Positions 24,918 to 34,429 of a DNA stretch of 42,047 nt are shown here, piece after piece. The notes under the pieces were generated by a model, which was not told the DNA's origin, searched no databases, and was given only the letters and a program-made list of their open reading frames with translations. The stretch is from the IMG/VR virus record IMGVR_UViG_3300010273_000002, positions 1-42,047 of that record; one strand, 5' to 3'. The stretch comes from a virus. Within the stretch, counting starts at the first letter, position 1. The number at the start of each line of letters is the position of its first letter. Position numbers and translations under genes: made by a program.

Positions 24918-26279
24918 ATGAAGCGGAACCTCCTCGCGTTCGGGTTCGTGCTACTGTGCGCGCTGCTCGGCTTCGTGCCGGCTGCGGCATTCGGTGTCCC
25001 GATCATGATCGGGCAGACCGACACGACCGCGGACCTGGACGCGCTGATGAAGATCACCTTCGATGACACCCTCATCTCGGAGGTGGTCACCGACACGGAA
25101 CTCCTCGATCTCTTCCCCGATGGCGAGGTGATCCGGGGCCCTGAGGGCAGATACTTCGAGACTTCGCAACTCTACCAGAACCCGGGGAGCATCGGCGCCC
25201 GCGCCGAGGGCGGCTACATCCCCGTGCCGAACGGCGCCAAGGCCGCGAACGCCAAGATCAAGCTCAAGAAGATCATGGGCGCGATCGAGGAGACGGCGGA
25301 GGTCTTGAAGAAGATCCGGGGCGACAAGGCCTCGTTCGTGAATTGGGCGCGGGAGCAGTTCCCGCGCTTCAAGGAGTCGCTCTCGGACGAGCTCGACCGT
25401 CAGGCGCTCGGCGACGGCTCCGGGATCCGTGCGCGGGTCAACATGGCCACACCGAACAAGGATCAGCTGAAGGTCGATTCCACGTTCGGGATCGCAGGTC
25501 TCGATCAGCCGCTCATGCAGTTCCGGCGCGGGATGCATCTCCGCGCCGGGCCGAACGCCGACGGCTCCAACCCTCGGGCCGGCGTCATGACGGTGCTCGA
25601 CATCGACTGGGACAACGACGCGCTCGTCTTGGACCAGCTCGCCACGTCGCTTGCCGACAACGACTACCTGTGGGAGGGCGACGCGGCCGACAGCTCCGTC
25701 GGGAAGGAGATGATGGGGCTCCTCGGGATGGTCGACGACGGCGGTATCGTCCAGACGCTCCAGGAGATCGACCGCACGGAGCACCTCTGGTTCCGGTCTT
25801 ACGTCAACGACCTGGGCGGCTCGGCGCCGCTCACCGAGGACGTGCTGATCGAGACCGACAAGGTCGCCCGGTTCCGCGGGGGTGGCCGGGTCGACACGAT
25901 CATCATGAGCGAGGACGCCTTCAACACGATCTGGAAGGATCTGAAGTCGGACCGGGCGATCAACGACCCGCGCGCCTACACGGGCGGCCGTCGGGGGATC
26001 ACGATCCTCTTCGGCGGCACCCGGGCGGTCGAGCTGCGCACCGCGCGGAAGATGCCCTCGAAGCTCGTCTTCGGGCTGCAGAGGGATCAGTTCCGGCGGT
26101 TCGTACTCCACGAGTGGGAGTGGGACGACACGACCGGATCGATCTGGAAGCAGGTCGTGGACAACACCGGCCGCAAGGATGCGTTCTACGCTTACGGCTC
26201 GATGCACGCGGAGCTCGCGATCAAGAGCCCGCAGCGGTGCTGGAGGCTGGAGAACTGGTCCGACAGCGGCGGCGGATGA
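24918..26279 (+). CDS. HK97-fold major capsid protein with an unusual signal-peptide-like N-terminus
   Basis: GGAGAAGGA lies 4 nt upstream of ATG 24918. AKIKLKKIMGAIEETAEVLKKI..SLSDELDRQALGDGSG resembles the Phage_capsid family pattern. The N-terminus is MKRNLLAFGFVLLCALLGFVPAAAFG. Confidence 0.7.
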   Translation: MKRNLLAFGFVLLCALLGFVPAAAFGVPIMIGQTDTTADLDALMKITFDDTLISEVVTDTELLDLFPDGEVIRGPEGRYFETSQLYQNPGSIGARAEGGYIPVPNGAKAANAKIKLKKIMGAIEETAEVLKKIRGDKASFVNWAREQFPRFKESLSDELDRQALGDGSGIRARVNMATPNKDQLKVDSTFGIAGLDQPLMQFRRGMHLRAGPNADGSNPRAGVMTVLDIDWDNDALVLDQLATSLADNDYLWEGDAADSSVGKEMMGLLGMVDDGGIVQTLQEIDRTEHLWFRSYVNDLGGSAPLTEDVLIETDKVARFRGGGRVDTIIMSEDAFNTIWKDLKSDRAINDPRAYTGGRRGITILFGGTRAVELRTARKMPSKLVFGLQRDQFRRFVLHEWEWDDTTGSIWKQVVDNTGRKDAFYAYGSMHAELAIKSPQRCWRLENWSDSGGG

Positions 26280-26294
26280 GCCGCGCCGCGAAAC

Positions 26295-26321
26295 GCCTGG
26301 CCCTGCACCGCGGGGCCAGGC
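26295..26321 (+). terminator. Stem-loop just downstream of the capsid gene (attenuator or terminator candidate, no U tract)
   Basis: GCCTGGCCC (26295-26303) pairs with GGGCCAGGC (26313-26321) around a 9-nt loop. Confidence 0.4.
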
Positions 26322-26347
26322 CCCACTCGTGACAGAAGGGACAACAC

Positions 26348-26875
26348 GTGACGACGCAACTCGGCACACTGACGGCACCGCCGGAGACGCTCGCCGCGCT
26401 GTGCGAGATCGATCCGCGAGCCGACCTGGTGCACCTCGAGGATAACGTCTGGCTCCTCGGGATTCGCGGGCCGAACCCGGCCGCGCAGGAGCGGCTCCAT
26501 CGCCAGCTGCGCATCCCCGACCCCATGAAGGGCGTGAGTCACGAGATGGGCAGCGAGTTCGAGCTGCTGCAGTTCTTCGCCCAGGGCTTTCGGCCGATCC
26601 AGATCTACCGGCTGGGCGAAGCGACGCCCGACGGCGACGTCGTCACGTTCGGCTGGATCGTCGAGGATTTCCGAATCCGGGACTTCAACTGGCGCGTCCG
26701 GCAGAAGGAAGCGGAGGCGGAGTTCAGGGCTGCGATTTCGCTGGACGAAGGCAACAAGTGGCGGCGTCGGGTCTTGGAGGACTGGGCGGAGGCCGAAGGC
26801 CCGTCGATGTGGCGATTCGTCTTTGCGAAGGCGAAGTCGTTCTGGCAGCGGTTACCGTTCCCGAAAGGAGAGTGA
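26348..26875 (+). CDS. Hypothetical virion-module protein
   Basis: GTG start with GAAGGGA upstream, and position in the structural block. Confidence 0.5.
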   Translation: MTTQLGTLTAPPETLAALCEIDPRADLVHLEDNVWLLGIRGPNPAAQERLHRQLRIPDPMKGVSHEMGSEFELLQFFAQGFRPIQIYRLGEATPDGDVVTFGWIVEDFRIRDFNWRVRQKEAEAEFRAAISLDEGNKWRRRVLEDWAEAEGPSMWRFVFAKAKSFWQRLPFPKGE

Positions 26876-26888
26876 AGGAGAGTGACGG

Positions 26889-27551
26889 ATGGCGCGCGAA
26901 CACACGGGTTACGGCAGGCGGAAGCTCAGTGCAGAGGCCTACAAGAGGCAGCAGGAGCGGAAGAAGGTCACGAGCGCGAGCGGCGTGGTCTACGGCAGCC
27001 GTAAGGGGGATCCAGGCCCGGCGCGCACGCGAGGGGCCTCCGCGCCCACGGCCGCGGGCGCCTCGCCGGTGCTCGCCGAGCTCGTCGCAGGCCTGCACGC
27101 CCACTCCGTCGCGTGGGCGAAGCTGCGGATTGCGAAGCTGCAGACGCCGGAGGAGGTCCGGGCGGTCCACACCTTCGAGCAAACGAACCCGAAGGGCGCG
27201 CGGAAGGGTGTGCTGAACGCGTGCGAGGAGAGGCTCGGGGAGCTGAAGGTGCCGAGCCCGTCCGAGGGCTTGGAGCGTATGCCGGCGCAGCCGGAGGAGC
27301 CGCAGGCCTCGGAAGGTGAGCCGCAGGCGAAGGAGCCGGGCCCGTTCGACGGCGACGAGCTCGTCGGCGTGCACGAGATGCGGAAGATCCTCGAGGAGCG
27401 GCCCGAGCTGCTCGACGCCGCGATCGAGGCGGAGTTCCGGGGCGGGGCGCCGCGGCCGGAGGCGATCGCGGTCCTTCTCGAGCACGAGGAGACCCGGGCG
27501 GCTGGGCCGCGGGATGAGGTGGTGCACTTGCTGAATCAGTTCAAGGGTTGA
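26889..27551 (+). CDS. Hypothetical virion-module protein
   Basis: AAGGAGAG lies upstream of ATG 26889. Confidence 0.5.
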   Translation: MAREHTGYGRRKLSAEAYKRQQERKKVTSASGVVYGSRKGDPGPARTRGASAPTAAGASPVLAELVAGLHAHSVAWAKLRIAKLQTPEEVRAVHTFEQTNPKGARKGVLNACEERLGELKVPSPSEGLERMPAQPEEPQASEGEPQAKEPGPFDGDELVGVHEMRKILEERPELLDAAIEAEFRGGAPRPEAIAVLLEHEETRAAGPRDEVVHLLNQFKG

Positions 27552-27558
27552 GGCTGCG

Positions 27559-28203
27559 ATGGCGCTCCTGGCTGCGGATGTCGTCAACGTCGCACGCGAC
27601 GAACACCCGGCGTTCGACCGGCAGTCGACGCCGGATATCGTGGCGCTGCGCGCGCTTGCCCGGTACCAGCAGGAACTGCTGGGCCGGATCTACAACGTGA
27701 AGCCCGACGCGGTGCACGTCGCGCAGGAGGTCCAGCTTCCGCTGGAGGACTTCGCGGCCGGGATCGCGCTGAACGACTGCCTGCAGGTGCACGGGGCCTC
27801 CGTCTACTACCGTTCCCCGGATTACCGGCCGGAGCCGGTGATGTTCGTGGATTACCCGCACCGGTTCATCCGGCCGGGCGGGCCTGCGGCCTATCGACGG
27901 GCAGACCGGATCTTCTTGCTCGGTACGCCGGCGGACTGGCAGGACGTTGCGCGGATCGTGATCGACCTCTTCCCGCGCGGGCCCGATACGCTAGGCCCAA
28001 AGGACGAACTCGTGCTGCCCGGGCAGGCGCTGGCGCCGTGCGTGGCTGCACTCGCCGTCGTGATGGCCCGGCGAGTGGAGCCGGACCGCCGGCCGGATCT
28101 CATTGAACTGCGGGATCGGCTGTCGGAGGCCGAAGAGCGCTATCTGGACCAGGTGACGGGCCGGCGCCGGGCCGTCGTGAGCGTGATTCAGGACGTGTGG
28201 TGA
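27559..28203 (+). CDS. Structural-module protein, paralog 1 of 3 (head-tail connector/adaptor candidate)
   Basis: Size and motif order are shared with 28205-28894 and 28899-29555. Confidence 0.5.
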   Translation: MALLAADVVNVARDEHPAFDRQSTPDIVALRALARYQQELLGRIYNVKPDAVHVAQEVQLPLEDFAAGIALNDCLQVHGASVYYRSPDYRPEPVMFVDYPHRFIRPGGPAAYRRADRIFLLGTPADWQDVARIVIDLFPRGPDTLGPKDELVLPGQALAPCVAALAVVMARRVEPDRRPDLIELRDRLSEAEERYLDQVTGRRRAVVSVIQDVW

Positions 28204-28204
28204 G

Positions 28205-28894
28205 ATGGCGACCGTCAATGAGCTCATCCAAGCAGCGATCGCGACCAGTCGCCACAACGTCCGTGGCGGGACTGCCAGCGATGAGGAACTCGTGGCGTTG
28301 ATCGGCGACCTCCTCGAGGGCTACGTGGACGAGGGGGCCCGGGTGAACCGCCGGTTCTTCGGGGCGCGGTTCGCCGTCGCCTGCGATCAGGAGGTTGGCG
28401 GGTGGCGCCGGCCGGCAGACGTGACGATGGTTGTCCGGCTCGAGGCGGGCGACGGGATGATGACCGCCGGATCCGATCCGATCCAGGCCGGGAAGGAAAT
28501 CGTGGAGATCCCGTTGGAGCAGCGGGACACGGAGCCGGGCCGGCCGGCGGTCTACTCGTGGGGCCAGGTTTGGTATCCGGCCGGCCGGCCGCCGGATCCC
28601 GTTTCCGGGGAACTGATCGTGTTCGGCAGCCGCCGGGCGATCCGGCCGGTGACCGTGGATGACCCCATCGATCCGTTGTGGCCGGAAGCGCACGTGCCGC
28701 TCCTGAAGTGGGACCTGGCGATCTACCTCGCACAGAAGGATGGGGAACGGGAAGCAGAGGTCGCCGCATTCACGGCCCTGCGCGATCAGGCGCACGCCCG
28801 CTACCTCGCGTTCCTCCAGGCCGAGTCGATCACCGAGGTCCGCGACTACGGCTTCGGCGGGGTGTTCCCGTCGCCAGGCGTGACGCCGAGGTGA
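28205..28894 (+). CDS. Structural-module protein, paralog 2 of 3
   Basis: Same layout: an N-terminal helix, a RP.AxY/F beta region, then IP/DP..L...LA.YLA.K. Confidence 0.5.
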   Translation: MATVNELIQAAIATSRHNVRGGTASDEELVALIGDLLEGYVDEGARVNRRFFGARFAVACDQEVGGWRRPADVTMVVRLEAGDGMMTAGSDPIQAGKEIVEIPLEQRDTEPGRPAVYSWGQVWYPAGRPPDPVSGELIVFGSRRAIRPVTVDDPIDPLWPEAHVPLLKWDLAIYLAQKDGEREAEVAAFTALRDQAHARYLAFLQAESITEVRDYGFGGVFPSPGVTPR

Positions 28895-28898
28895 GCCG

Positions 28899-29555
28899 AT
28901 GACGTTCGAGGAGGTCCGGCGCGCCGCTCTCGCGCGGCTCATGGAGTACGGCGACCGCTGGCCCCAGGGCCGCAGCGTGGCGTACCGGCGCATTGGGGTG
29001 CGCCAGCAGCAGCTCTACGCCATGGCGGCCCGGGCCAATCCCGAGTACGCGGGAGTCTGCGCGGTCGGCACGCTCGTGGACGGCGCGGCAGACTTCGCGG
29101 ACATGCAGCCGCCAGTCCTGCGGCCGGAGGCGATCACGCTGGTCCAGATCCACGACCCCGGGGAGTCGGATTACGAGGTCGGCCAGCGTGTCACGATCGT
29201 GACCGCCGATGACCCGGACGGGCTCGCGCCGCGGGCTTTTCTCAGGCATCGCGTGCTCGTCGGTGTCGGTAACGAGCTGGCAGGCGTGGCGCAGATCAAG
29301 GTGTGGTACCCGTACATTCCCGAGCCGACGGCGCCGGACGAGAACGGCAGCCGCGAGGTGGAGATTCCGGATCCCCACTCCGAGCTGCTCGTCGTCGACC
29401 TCGCACGCGACTATGCGAGAAAGACGATTTCGCTCGAGCCGGACGTCCGGACGGCGATCGTCGGCGTGTTCAACGAGGAAGAGGCGCCGATGCTGGCGGA
29501 GTGGATCGCGCACGTACGCGGTTACGCGCCGCTCGAGACGAGGTTCGCCCGATGA
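28899..29555 (+). CDS. Structural-module protein, paralog 3 of 3
   Basis: Same layout as the two preceding genes. GAGGTGAG lies upstream. Confidence 0.5.
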   Translation: MTFEEVRRAALARLMEYGDRWPQGRSVAYRRIGVRQQQLYAMAARANPEYAGVCAVGTLVDGAADFADMQPPVLRPEAITLVQIHDPGESDYEVGQRVTIVTADDPDGLAPRAFLRHRVLVGVGNELAGVAQIKVWYPYIPEPTAPDENGSREVEIPDPHSELLVVDLARDYARKTISLEPDVRTAIVGVFNEEEAPMLAEWIAHVRGYAPLETRFAR

Positions 29556-29770
29556 ACTGGGAACGCTGCGAAGCGCACACGCTCGGGCCGATCGCCGTGG
29601 CCGACCCGAGCCGCGGACTCGTCGCCCGCGTCTGGAAGGCGTGGACGCCGGACGGATATGAGGTCCGGCTCGCGGGCGCGATCGCGCTTCTGGACGCGGA
29701 GGAGGCGGCACGCACGGAGGCGGTCCTCGCGCACGTCGCGGGCTTCGCGCCCGCCGAGGGGCGGTTCTGA
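29552..29770 (+). CDS. Hypothetical small protein (72 aa)
   Basis: ATGA coupling upstream and TGATG coupling downstream. Confidence 0.45.
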   Translation: MNWERCEAHTLGPIAVADPSRGLVARVWKAWTPDGYEVRLAGAIALLDAEEAARTEAVLAHVAGFAPAEGRF

Positions 29771-31767
29771 TGCTCACGCGGGTGGTGTGCGGCCTCCTGT
29801 TCCGCGACGGCTTCGACCGTGCGGATGGTGCACTCGGCAACGGCTGGACGACGGAGAGCGGCGGACAGTTCAGCATCGAGGGCGGCAAGGCGAAGTTCGT
29901 CATCGGCACGTTGGAAGGGCAGGCCCGCGCGCCCGTGGCCGACCGGAGCCGTATGGTCGTGCAGGACCGCCGGTGGAAGTCGCACGCCACCGGCAACGGC
30001 GTCGGCATCTTGGCGAAATGGCGCGCCAGCGACCAGAAGGGATACCTCTCGTGGATCGGCGATGGGGGCGTGGGCATCTATCGGCGGGAATACGCGACCT
30101 ACCATACGCTCCTCTCGGAATACCGTGGATACACTCAGGCGCAGACCTGGCAGACCGTCAAGACGCTGGTTGGGGACGGTGTGCAGAAGCAGTGGGTGAA
30201 CGGCGTTCTGCGCAATCAGACCAATGACACCGTGCTGAACGGTGTGCTCGGGGGCGCGGGACTCAGAGGTTCCGGCACGCCTGGTCACTACAACTACTAC
30301 GACGACTTCATCGTCTGCGCGGACAATGCCGTCGTCGTCACGGGCCTGCCTGCGGGCTACAAGGTCCGTGTGGGCGCGCTCGTCGCGGTGGAGGTGGGGG
30401 GCACCGCCTCCCTGGACCTCGCCGGCACGACACTGCCCGCCGCGCTGCTGGAGATCCTCGACGCCTCCGACACCGTCGTCGCCTCCTTCGCGGGTGAGGT
30501 GTGGGGAGGGGACGAGTTCGCGCTCGGCAGGACTCCGCCCGCGAAGCCGGTGCTCACCGCGGGAGTCGTCGGCCCGTTCAGCGTGCAGGTGCTCGGCAGC
30601 GCGTTCGTGGATCCGGACGGCGATCCGCATCTTGCCTCGCAATGGCAACTGGACCGCATTGGCGGCGATTTCTCCGTGCCGATCCACGACTCCGGCGCGG
30701 TGAGCGGCGCCGAGCTCCTCGCGTACACCTTCCACGGCCTTACGCGCGCCACGCCCTACATCGCGCGGGTCCGCTATCAGGACGCGGATGGTTGGAGCGA
30801 GTGGTCGGATCCGCTCGCGATCGCGACGGTGGACACATGGCAGCTGTGCCGCGTGCGGCCCGCGACGGACTGGGATCCGTGCCAGCGCGTGACGCCGGCA
30901 GTGAGGCCGTGGGCGCACTACCGCCTCGACGAACTGGAGGTCACGGACATCCCTTACGACGCCTCTGGCAACGAGCGCCACGGCGCGGGCTACCACGCCT
31001 CACTCGTGCAGCTCGGGGCGCCGGGGTACGACGGAGGGCGGGCGGTTCGGCTGCCGGGGACGCTGCAACTGGCCTCACCGGCAATCGACATCCGCAACGT
31101 GCTGCACGACGGGGTCGGTGGATGGGCCGGTGGGGGGTTCGAAGACACGCCGCCGGCGATCCATGCGCTTTCGAGCGATTTCGGCGGCAAAGGCTTCTCC
31201 GTGGAGTTCTGGTTCTACGCCGAGGAGGAGACCGCCCTGCCGACCGGTTATGGGGACGACTACGGCAGTCGTGTGATCTGGTTCGCCCAGCACGGCGGGC
31301 CTGTCGAATCGACAAGGAACGTCTATGCCGGCCTCGGCTTCATCGCCGGAACAAACGGCTTCGTCTGCTACGGCCATGCTGGCGTTTACATCTATAACGG
31401 CACGATGCTCCAGGCGGACCTCGGGACCGGCTGGCACCATGCCTTGGTGATCACGGCGCCGGCGCCGCCAAAGAAGCTGTGCTCACGGCTGTTCATCGAC
31501 GGGTTCTACGGCGCCGAGCACCCGGCGCGAACCTCGTACGAGGAAGTAGACTGGACGACCACCTATGCCTGGACGACCGGCAGAAAGCACATCATCTTCC
31601 TGCATGGGTTTGCGGGCTCCAATAATCCGGCGCTGAGAGGGCGCTCTTTCCGCGGCCGGATCGACGACATCCGCATCTACGACCACGCCATCGACCCTGC
31701 GGCTCCGCGCGACGTTTGGGTGCCGTGCGGGCCCCGTCCCGCGACCGCATGGACCCGGGGGTGCTGA
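29770..31767 (+). CDS. Tail fibre / receptor-binding protein with concanavalin-A-like (LamG) domains and an FN3-like middle domain
   Basis: The C-terminus (FSVEFWFY..WHHALVI..LFIDG..FRGRIDDIRIYDHAI) is a classic LamG_3 pattern. The middle YIARVRYQDADGWSEWSD is FN3-like. Confidence 0.6.
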   Translation: MLTRVVCGLLFRDGFDRADGALGNGWTTESGGQFSIEGGKAKFVIGTLEGQARAPVADRSRMVVQDRRWKSHATGNGVGILAKWRASDQKGYLSWIGDGGVGIYRREYATYHTLLSEYRGYTQAQTWQTVKTLVGDGVQKQWVNGVLRNQTNDTVLNGVLGGAGLRGSGTPGHYNYYDDFIVCADNAVVVTGLPAGYKVRVGALVAVEVGGTASLDLAGTTLPAALLEILDASDTVVASFAGEVWGGDEFALGRTPPAKPVLTAGVVGPFSVQVLGSAFVDPDGDPHLASQWQLDRIGGDFSVPIHDSGAVSGAELLAYTFHGLTRATPYIARVRYQDADGWSEWSDPLAIATVDTWQLCRVRPATDWDPCQRVTPAVRPWAHYRLDELEVTDIPYDASGNERHGAGYHASLVQLGAPGYDGGRAVRLPGTLQLASPAIDIRNVLHDGVGGWAGGGFEDTPPAIHALSSDFGGKGFSVEFWFYAEEETALPTGYGDDYGSRVIWFAQHGGPVESTRNVYAGLGFIAGTNGFVCYGHAGVYIYNGTMLQADLGTGWHHALVITAPAPPKKLCSRLFIDGFYGAEHPARTSYEEVDWTTTYAWTTGRKHIIFLHGFAGSNNPALRGRSFRGRIDDIRIYDHAIDPAAPRDVWVPCGPRPATAWTRGC

Positions 31768-32144
31768 TGCCAGACCTCCCCCGTTTCGCGATGCACTTCG
31801 GCGCCGGCCTCGACCGCGAGACCGGGCTCTTCGCCGCGCCCCCGGGCTCGATGGAGGAACTGGTCAACGTCTACGTCAGCGCCGGCAAGGCCGAGATGCG
31901 GCGCGGACTCGCCGTGACCTGCGAACACTGGCTCGACGCTGCTGGCGACCCGCTCACGGCGGATTACGTCGTGCTGGTGGAGGCCATGCGCGCGGAGGGC
32001 GTGGGGATCGTCGTGCTCTACGACTCGGCGAGCGGCGACGTGCACGTCGTCTGCGAACGCCGGCAGTTCTGTGGACCGCGCGGGGCTCGACTTCCGGTTC
32101 CGACCGTGCGGCGAGGCGCCGTCGACGAGCTGGCAACAGTGTGA
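31767..32144 (+). CDS. Hypothetical protein, paralog of the N-terminal ~100 aa of the next gene
   Basis: RFAMHFGAGLDRETG..EELVNVYVSAGKAEMRRG aligns with RIAIPFGGGLDRYTG..EDVRNVHLVDGWAHVRRG. Confidence 0.5.
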   Translation: MPDLPRFAMHFGAGLDRETGLFAAPPGSMEELVNVYVSAGKAEMRRGLAVTCEHWLDAAGDPLTADYVVLVEAMRAEGVGIVVLYDSASGDVHVVCERRQFCGPRGARLPVPTVRRGAVDELATV

Positions 32145-34151
32145 GTGATGGCACGGCAACGCATCGCGATCCCGTTCGGGGGCGGCCTGGACCGCTACAC
32201 CGGCCCGATGGTCGTGGATCGGACCGCACAGGAGGACGTCCGCAACGTCCACCTGGTCGACGGCTGGGCGCACGTTCGCCGCGGTTCTGTGCAGGTCGCT
32301 GAGCTCCCGGGCGACGTCGTCGCGGGCGAGCAGCTCCGCACCGAGGACGTGCTGATCCTGGTCGTCTACGACGCAGACACGCGCGAGGTCCATGTCTACC
32401 GGGCGGCGTCGGACGGCATGAACCCGCTCCATATCGGCAAGTGGTTCGACCTGCACGAGTCGGCCGACGAGCCGCCCCGCGTGTTCATGGCCGAGGTCGC
32501 CGGGCTCATGTTCATGGCGCATAACGAGGCGATTTTCTTGCGGCGCGCGCCCACCTTCTACTACGACCCGATCGCCGGCACGCTCAAGCCGCTCGAGGCG
32601 GAGTGGGCTCACCAGGGCGGGATTCGGTTCCGCGGCGTGACGGCACACCTCGGCGCCTACCTCGCAGGCTGGGGATACGGCACGGCGGACGAGGCGCGGC
32701 CGGACCTGGTGCGGATGTCGCTCCCGGGCGAGCCCACGCAGTTCCATCCGAAGTTCTACGAGCCGATCGGCCAGCGCGGTGAGGCCGTGATCCGGTGCGT
32801 GTCGACTGGCCGGACGCTCATCTGTTTCACCAGCGCGCAAACGTGGGAGCACTTCGGGTCAGACCGTTCCACGTTCGGCGCGCGGCCGGCCGACACGAAA
32901 TTCGGCCTCGCCGCGTCGCGGCTCGCCGTCGAGGTCGACGGGACGGTGTACTTCTGGAGCCGTACCGGGCCGCGCCGCACGACCGGCGGGCTGTCGGAGG
33001 ACCTGGCGCTCCCGCTCGAGCTGCGCGCGCCCGCGCCGGCCGACCTGGCCGCCGAGGGCGCGCTCGAGCACGCCTTCGCCACGTTCTATCCGCCAGAGGA
33101 CGAGGTGCTCTTCGTGTTCGGCCGGCGGATCTACGCCTACTCACTCCGCACCGGCCGCTGGCGCTACGACGAGCTCCCGTGGGCGCCCGTGGCCGCGATC
33201 CTCTCGCAGCCGGGCGTGGACGTGGATCCCGGGTACGAGCCGGGCGTCGCGGCCAACCTGCGCTTCGTCGAGGACGTGGCGGCCGGCGTGCTCCGCGACG
33301 TGACCATCGCGTGGGACAACGTCGGGATGGTCGGCGACGAGATCCTGGAGTTCTGGTTGAATGGTGGGACCGGCTGGACGCTGTCGGGATCGGCGCCCGT
33401 CGAGCCGCAGGCAGGCCAACAGCATACTTTCGCGGGCCTCGCGCCGGGTGACACGTACCGGCTGCAGATCCGTGCGCGGCGCGGGACGCTCTACCGCGAG
33501 GAATACCAGTCGTCGAACCCGGACGACTGGCCGGCGGGATCGCTCCTGGTGTACGTGACGGGGCTTGCGGCGCCGACGATCACGGCCGCGACGTGGGAGC
33601 GGACGAGCGCCTCGAGCGAGCGCATCCTCGTCACAGTAGAGCCGTACTACGAGGACGTGACGATCGAGCTCATTTACGGCGGCCAAGTCGTCGCCACGGC
33701 CACGCCGCCCCACAGTGGGCAGGTGGTGCTCGCGCACGTCGACCCGGCTGGCGAGCAGCTCCACACGTACACCGCGCGGCATCGCACGGCGGCGGCGGAT
33801 GGCCCGGCCAGTGAGGAGTGGCGTGTGTGGGCCGGCCCGCCGCCGCCGCAGGTGCTCCTCCTCCAGCACGAGGGCATGGGGCTCTATGTCGAATACGACG
33901 AGGTCGTGCCGGTCGGCGGCGATGTCGAGGACGTGCTGGTCGAGGTCTGGACCGCGAACCGGACGCTCGGCCATCCGCTCTCCGAGGCGCTCGTGCAGGC
34001 GCGTACCGACTACTCCGCGATCGCCTACCCGAACGAGGGCGCGGGCGCGCAGCAGGGTGAGACGCACGAGGTCCGGCTGCGCAACCGGGTGCGGAGCTTC
34101 GGCGTGGACGATTGGAGCGAACACACGCCCTACGCGGAGTTGACCTGGTGA
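32145..34151 (+). CDS. Large tail structural protein (tail-tubular/nozzle-like candidate) with C-terminal FN3-like repeats
   Basis: The N-terminal GGLD..N..L.DG....RRG loosely recalls the N-termini of podovirus tail tubular protein B. Size and position fit. Confidence 0.4.
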   Translation: MMARQRIAIPFGGGLDRYTGPMVVDRTAQEDVRNVHLVDGWAHVRRGSVQVAELPGDVVAGEQLRTEDVLILVVYDADTREVHVYRAASDGMNPLHIGKWFDLHESADEPPRVFMAEVAGLMFMAHNEAIFLRRAPTFYYDPIAGTLKPLEAEWAHQGGIRFRGVTAHLGAYLAGWGYGTADEARPDLVRMSLPGEPTQFHPKFYEPIGQRGEAVIRCVSTGRTLICFTSAQTWEHFGSDRSTFGARPADTKFGLAASRLAVEVDGTVYFWSRTGPRRTTGGLSEDLALPLELRAPAPADLAAEGALEHAFATFYPPEDEVLFVFGRRIYAYSLRTGRWRYDELPWAPVAAILSQPGVDVDPGYEPGVAANLRFVEDVAAGVLRDVTIAWDNVGMVGDEILEFWLNGGTGWTLSGSAPVEPQAGQQHTFAGLAPGDTYRLQIRARRGTLYREEYQSSNPDDWPAGSLLVYVTGLAAPTITAATWERTSASSERILVTVEPYYEDVTIELIYGGQVVATATPPHSGQVVLAHVDPAGEQLHTYTARHRTAAADGPASEEWRVWAGPPPPQVLLLQHEGMGLYVEYDEVVPVGGDVEDVLVEVWTANRTLGHPLSEALVQARTDYSAIAYPNEGAGAQQGETHEVRLRNRVRSFGVDDWSEHTPYAELTW

Positions 34152-34429
34152 GCACGCCGAACCTGCTCCTGGGCCGCAAGGGCCGCAAGGTGGGCGACGA
34201 AAGCGCGCCCGTGTCGCGCTGGTCCGGACCGGACGCGCCGACGCTTACGGCGATCATACCGCAGGGGGTGTGCGTCTACACCGTCCACTGGGCGAGCGCG
34301 AGCGGGTCGCTGTACACCGAGATCGAGGACGATTATCCGAACAGCAGCTTCGCACTGCGCCGCACCGCCGACCCCGGAGTGGCTCATGATGTGGCTCATG
34401 ATCCTGTTTTGGTGTGTGCCCGGTGGTGA
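34148..34429 (+). CDS. Hypothetical protein (93 aa)
   Basis: GTGA coupling to the upstream stop. It carries the 12-bp tandem duplication (VAHD VAHD) near its 3' end. Confidence 0.4.
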   Translation: MSTPNLLLGRKGRKVGDESAPVSRWSGPDAPTLTAIIPQGVCVYTVHWASASGSLYTEIEDDYPNSSFALRRTADPGVAHDVAHDPVLVCARW

